Assembly: GCA_001275005.1 (NCBI GenBank)
Contig: JWZX01002205.1
Span: 1 to 33,912, forward strand
Direction: 5' to 3'
Source: Chrysochromulina tobinii
Lineage: Eukaryota
DNA length: 33,912 nt
A model generated the notes under the pieces. The model did no database searches, was not told the origin of the DNA, and worked only from the letters and a program-made list of their open reading frames with translations. Positions 28,302 through 33,912 of the stretch are shown piece after piece (positions within the stretch are counted from its first letter, which is position 1; every line of letters starts with the position of its first letter). The translations under genes were made by a program, and so were the position numbers.

Positions 28302-31300
28302 ATGAGGGTGGCACAACTCGTTCTGGTGCTCTTGCTTTGTCCCGGGGGTATGTCAACTACGCTCGATTCGGGACCCATTCTTATTCACCAAGTCGGCATG
28401 CATGCAGGTAATCAGGGCATGGCCACAGAACGGGCGGTGCGAGAGGCAAAGTTCCATAAGGCAGAGGCTGCAGCGGAAGATGCCTTTCTTTTCAAGCATC
28501 GCCTTCAATATCATGATGCTGTTTTGAACAAACTCACGTATTACGAGTACAGTGCACGTCGCCATCGTCACGTCCTCATGCTGAATGAGATGAACATTTC
28601 TTCGTGTGCACTGGAAGTTGTGGGTGACCAGATTCAGAAAGTTCATCTGACGTCTCGCGATCACGATGGGCTCAGAATGAACATGACGGCAGGTACGTTT
28701 CTCTCGCACCTTCGCTCTCGTGTTGATCGTTGTTTTCTCACGAACTGCGTTCGGTTATATGTCGCAGGGACGATATTTGCGGGGAAGATTGATTGCCAGG
28801 TCCAAGGAAGCCAACACTTGTATGGCAAGCCGCTACAAGAACAGGCGGTCACAGATCCTAATGTCACACTCGACGCGAACGGGTTCGAAGCCGTCCTGAT
28901 TGTCGCTACGAGACCGGTGGGTTTCAATGACTGTTTCGAACACGCGGAGATTGAGTACTTTCATGGCGAGCCGCAAAGTCTCTACGACGCACGTCTCGCA
29001 CGAAATTTGTCTCTTTCTTCCAAGGGATACAGCGTTCCTGATGAAGGCTTTGCCAAAACACATGAGGTGATTGCTGATTCTGTACGCCACAAGGGGAACG
29101 CAAGCGTTCAAGCGACTTGGACTTCTGTCGAAGACCTGGCATCGAATCGGACCGCACGCGCCTCTCGTCATCTTGCGCATTCATCCTGCCCTTTTGGTGC
29201 AGATCCCGATGATATTACAATCGACATCTTTGGGACTGATTGTACGGATCTGGCTCCTGGAGCCGCTATGGAAGGCACGGATTGCTTCTGGCATCCATCC
29301 CCGACCTCGGCTGTCCCCGTACTTAAAGTCGGCAACACGTACACCTTGCAATGGGCATCGACAACTGCGTCAAATCCAAATGTTGCCATTTATATTCAGA
29401 AACTTGGGGCACTCTGGGGAAGTACGAGCTGTGCGGACTTGTCACCACAATACTGGATTGACAACCAAGCTTACTCAGGTTCTACGTCAAGCTCCCCGAA
29501 CTCCTTCACATTTCAAATGCCTGATCTTCGGGCGCTTGCGTGTGCAAGCGACTTTCTTGGCGGCTTCCCGGTATTTCAGTTCAACATTTACACCGAAGGC
29601 GAATGCCATCGTGGTTCGTCGAGTGAGTTCAGGCTTTTGCAGAACGCCTCAAGAACTTCTCAAGCAATTTCTCTGAGCGTCCCTGCCCAATACGAGCTTG
29701 GTAGCGCAAGTGAAGGTCTTAGGGTCAAGTGTGCGAGTTGCTATGCCAGTGGCACAGGTAGCATTCATGTCCTACTTCGCACCTCGAGTTACAATCCCTT
29801 CGATGAGACATGGACGTGGGGCAACTTGAACCTGAGTGGCCATGTAGATGTCGAAGCACAAGCGTATGCAGCGGCATCGCGGACTCTTGGCCCTGTTCAG
29901 GTCCTCGGCCGTCTTTGTATTCCACCTCTCTGTGTTCCAGCCAGTGTTGCAAGCGTTGACGTCTTCTTTGGAGTCCTTGCGGATCTTTGGGTGGGCGCAG
30001 AAGCAACATTTGATGCAATCGCCACTCTCACGTATCAACGCACTTTGAGCTCCTCTGGAACGCTGGCACATCATACATGGCAGGGTTCGGTCCTACAAAC
30101 TTCCATAGACGGATTCGTTCCCAGCGCTCCGACAACAGCTTCTCCGGCAACACCGCAACTGCGGCTGAATATTGATGCAACTGCTCGTGTGCACGTGATC
30201 CCCCGATTCTACGCTGGTTTCTTCCTATCCGCCTCAACATGGACGCAAGCAGAGGCGTACATTAAAGTCGAGGTTCAAATGTCGCTATCAGCTCAGTTCA
30301 ACTTTCGAACTGCACTCGGGACAAGCAATTTCTTCCCAGCCAGAAACTTAGCCCTGGTCGCACCTCTCTCCCGCCTTCCGCCGATTCCCTATGTGCTGTG
30401 CGGCGAGACCTGCGACTACTCATCCGATGGCTCATGCGACGACGGCGGCCCCGGCGCGGAGTACTCGGATTGTGGGTACGGCAGCGACTGCACCGACTGC
30501 GGCCCGCTGCTTTCAGCGTGCACAGAGACTTGCAACTATCCATCCGATGGCTTTTGCGACGACGGCGGCCCCGGCGCGGAGTACTCGTCTTGTGGGTATG
30601 GCACTGACTGCACCGACTGCAGCCCGCGGCCCGCACGGCTTCCAGCAGCAGCGTGCACAGAGACCTGCAACTATCCATCCGATGGCTCATGCGACGACGG
30701 CGGCCCCGGCGCGGAGTACTCGGATTGTGGGTATGGCACTGACTGCACCGACTGCAGCCCGCGGCCCGCACGGCTTCCAGTGGCACCGCCCGCGACTGGC
30801 CTCTGCACAGAGACGTGCGGATCTTATGCCTCGGATGGCTCATGCGACGACGGCGGCCCCGGCGCGGAGTACTCGGATTGTGGGTACGGCACCGACTGCA
30901 CCGACTGCGGCCCCCGCACCTCGGGAAGCCCACCGGGAAGGCCCCCGCCGCCCTCTGCCCCTGCAACCGGGCCGCCGCAGACCTGCACCAATGCTTTGAC
31001 TGGTTGTTCATCAGCATGCTCAGGAAATCACGATACACATCTAGGATTCCGGCTCAGCACAACTGTCTATGGTGCATACAAGTTCTATCTTCAAACCTCA
31101 CTTCCTCTGTTTGGGGCTTTGAATTTCGGTTCCCCGTGGGAGATAAGTTTATCATCCTTGTCCTATGTTTACAACCGGTACATTGGCTCCTTCTGCTATT
31201 ACCTCTTCCCTCAATCGCTCCCACCACCGCCGCCATTGCCGCCGCCGCCGCCATCGCCCTCACCGACGCCTTTGCCGCCGCCGCCCTCGCCCTCGCCCCC

Positions 31301-33912
31301 GCCGCCCTCGCCCTCGCCCCCGCCGCCCTCGTCGCCTCCACTCCCGCCGCTCGCTCCGCTCCTGACTAATGGCGAGTGCGCCGTCATCTACGTGAAGAGC
31401 GACGAGCCAGACAACTTTGGGATCGTGCTCTTCGACTGGGTCTATGCTGGCCAGCAGATCTTCGTGACCGACAACAATTACTTGGGCGGCTGCACCGACA
31501 CGTGCAACTACGCCTCCGACGGCGACTGCGACGACGGCGGCCCCGGCTCGGAGTACGTCGCTCGACGCCAACTGGAGGAACGCCGACTTTTTTTCGGCGG
31601 CGGGGGGGCCACTGAATGCACTTACGGTACCGACTGCACCGACTGCGGGCCCCGCGTTGCGAGGTTCAGCGATACAGAGACCCATACGACGTACACGGCC
31701 CCCGTGGACCAGCCCCCCGGATCCGTCATCACCTTGAACTCCCCCGGCATGTCTGGCAGCATTCAGCTTCAGACCGACGGAGATGAGCTCATCGTCTACC
31801 GGGGCTCCCGGGCCAACCCGATTTTCCTGTGCGGCTTCTGCAACAGGCCGCTCTTCGCGAACTGCAATTTCAACTTAATTCCAGGCTACAACTCGAGCAT
31901 GCCCGCTGGCGTCTTCAACTACCTCCAGAATCCCGGCGGATCATCCCGGGCCGACCAGTGGATCTACGATACTCGCCCGCGTGGGACCCCGGGAATCCCA
32001 GTCTCGACTGGAACGCCACCTCCCGGCCTTGGCGCCCCCTTCGCCGGCTCGGCCGCTACGCTGCTGGCGGCCATCAACAACCGCTCGAATTGGTTTCAGA
32101 GCAACACGCTCTGGATCGCCGTTCAAGATGTCGTCCCTGCGGGTGGGTACCGCATCGGCAATCTCCCCCCGTCGCTCCCCCCCCCGAGTCCGAGCGCGCC
32201 GCGATCCCAATCGCCGCCGCCGCCACCCAGCCCCCCCAAGTCGCCGCCGCTGCCACCCGCCGCGCCGCCGCCACCGCCGCTGGGCCCGGGCGACTGTCTC
32301 TTCACCGCCCTCAAGACGGACGACCCGGACGACTTCGGGCTCGTCCTCTTCAAGACGCTCGGCTACACGGAGACGCTGTACGTGACCGACGACACGTGGC
32401 TCTCGCCGACCGGACCGTTTGCTCGGAACCCGCTTGAGCCCCACCTCATGTTCCGGCCCAGGATGAACCGCGACGTGCCCGCGGGCACGGTGCTCCGGAG
32501 GGCCAACTTCACCCTGACCAACGGTGCTCCAGGTAATTTCCAGCTCAGCGACGCCGGCGACCAGCTGCTCGCGTACCTCTGGCCAAACCACTTTAGCAAC
32601 ACCACCCAGCCCACCTTCCTATGCGGCATCGACAACACCGCCACGGGATGGTACGTCCCCTCGTCCACCTGCACCGAGACGTGCAACTGGGCCTCTGACG
32701 GCGAGTGCGACGACGGCGGCCCCGGCTCGGAGTTCAACGCTGGACGCCGACTGGAAGAACGCCGACTTTTTTTCGGGGGAGGGGGGGGAGGGGGGGATAA
32801 TGGATGCCCCCTCGGTTCCGACTGCAGCGACTGCGGCCCGCGCGTGAACCCTCTGTGCCCTCTTAATGCTGACGGGCTGCCAAGCTGCGGAGAGAAATCG
32901 TATTTGCCCTCAAGCCTCGTGACGGACTACAGCGCGCTGAGCTTTGGGCACGACGACAACTTGAGGTACGTGGGCGGCTTCCAGAACGTCACCAACGCCG
33001 GCACCGTCGCGGCTCTGCGGGCGTCCATCGTCCGGAGAGCAAACTGGGTGTTCAACAACGTGATCACCGGCCCATTCCAACAGATAACCTCTTTTGAAGT
33101 CTACCCCGACCCGCCCTCCCCGCCGCCTTCTCCGCCCTCGCCGCTGCCCCGACCCCCCCCCCCATGTCGCCGCCGCGGCCACCCGCCGCGCCGCCGCCAC
33201 CGCCGCTGGGCCCGGGCGACTGTCTCTTCACCGCCCTCAAGACGGACGACCCGGACGACTTCGGGCTGGTCCTCTTCAAGACGCTCGGCTACACGGAGAC
33301 GCTGTACGTGACCGACGACACGTGGCTCTCGCCGACCGGACCGTTTGCTCGGAACCCGCTTGAGCCCCACCTCATGTTCCGGCCCAGGATCAACGGCAAC
33401 GGCCTCGACGTGCCCGCGGGCACGGTGCTCCGGAGGGCCAACTTCACCCTGGCCAACGGTGCTCCGGGCAATTTCCAGGCCAGCGACGTTGGCGACCAGC
33501 TGCTCGCGTACCTCTGGCCAAACCACTTTAGCAACACCACCCAGCCCACCTTCCTGTGCGGCATCGACAACACCGCCACGGGATGGTTCGTCCCCTCGTC
33601 CACCTGCACCGAGACGTGCAACTATGCCTCCGACGGCGACTGCGACGACGGCGGCCCCGGCTCGGATTCCCCTTTGTGGAAAGTTATAGCGGGTCTATTT
33701 GGGGGTGATTGCCCCCTCGGTTCCGACTGCACCGACTGCGGCCCGCGCGTGAACCCTCTATGCCCTCTTGTTGGCGGGGTGGCAAGCTGCGGTGAGAAAT
33801 CGTATTTGCCCTCAAGCCTCGTGCCGGACTACAGCGCGCTGAGCTTTGGGCACGACGACAACTTGAGGTACGTGGGCGGCTTCCAGAACGTCACCAACGC
33901 CGGCACCGTCGC
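28302..33912 (+). CDS. Giant modular secreted/surface protein (Cys-rich DDGGPG modules, Ser-Pro linkers, repeated beta-domain); 3'-partial, with an apparent 1-nt frameshift near 33153..33163
   Basis: The ORF is open from 27831; a signal-peptide-like MRVAQLVLVLLLCPGG starts at 28302. It contains 7 CxxTC-x4/5-DGxCDDGGPG...DCxDC modules and SPPPP tracts. The repeated domain continues in another frame after an 11-C run. Confidence 0.8.
30398..30918 (+). repeat. Four near-identical Cys-rich coding modules (about 120-150 bp period)
   Basis: Repeated TGCGACGACGGCGGCCCCGGCGCGGAGTACTCG...GACTGCACCGACTGC. Confidence 0.92.
32252..33912 (+). repeat. Large tandem duplication, period about 926 bp (second copy truncated by the window end)
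   Basis: TGGGCCCGGGCGACTGTCTCTTCACC starts at both 32281 and 33207, with near-identity thereafter. Confidence 0.92.

Overview
Gene-dense, GC-rich eukaryotic nuclear DNA from an alga or protist; the style resembles a haptophyte such as Chrysochromulina, but that is inference. I can support about 15 protein-coding genes: two coiled-coil proteins, a PDZ-IQ-PDZ protein, a degenerate FolD-like protein, an MRS2/CorA Mg2+ transporter, a PHD/EGLN-like prolyl hydroxylase, a 7-exon UNC-45-like TPR+UCS protein, a PRMT7/9-like methyltransferase, a double Frag1/DRAM-like membrane protein, a small unknown protein, a TEY MAP kinase with a polyQ tail, a two-lobe retropepsin-like protease, ATG9, CBP20, and a giant modular secreted Cys-/Pro-rich protein that runs off the right end. 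The most unusual signal is in the introns. All 8 GT-AG introns I can map are built from short tandem repeats, mostly 10-11 bp units. Four end in the same 20-nt motif (CTGATTGCCTCCCTCATCAG or a close variant) across three unrelated genes, and a fifth carries it internally. Two sit inside 25-27 bp duplications of exon sequence that supply one of their splice sites, and one is a head-to-tail stack of complete mini-introns. Together this suggests a recently active, non-TIR intron-generating system.
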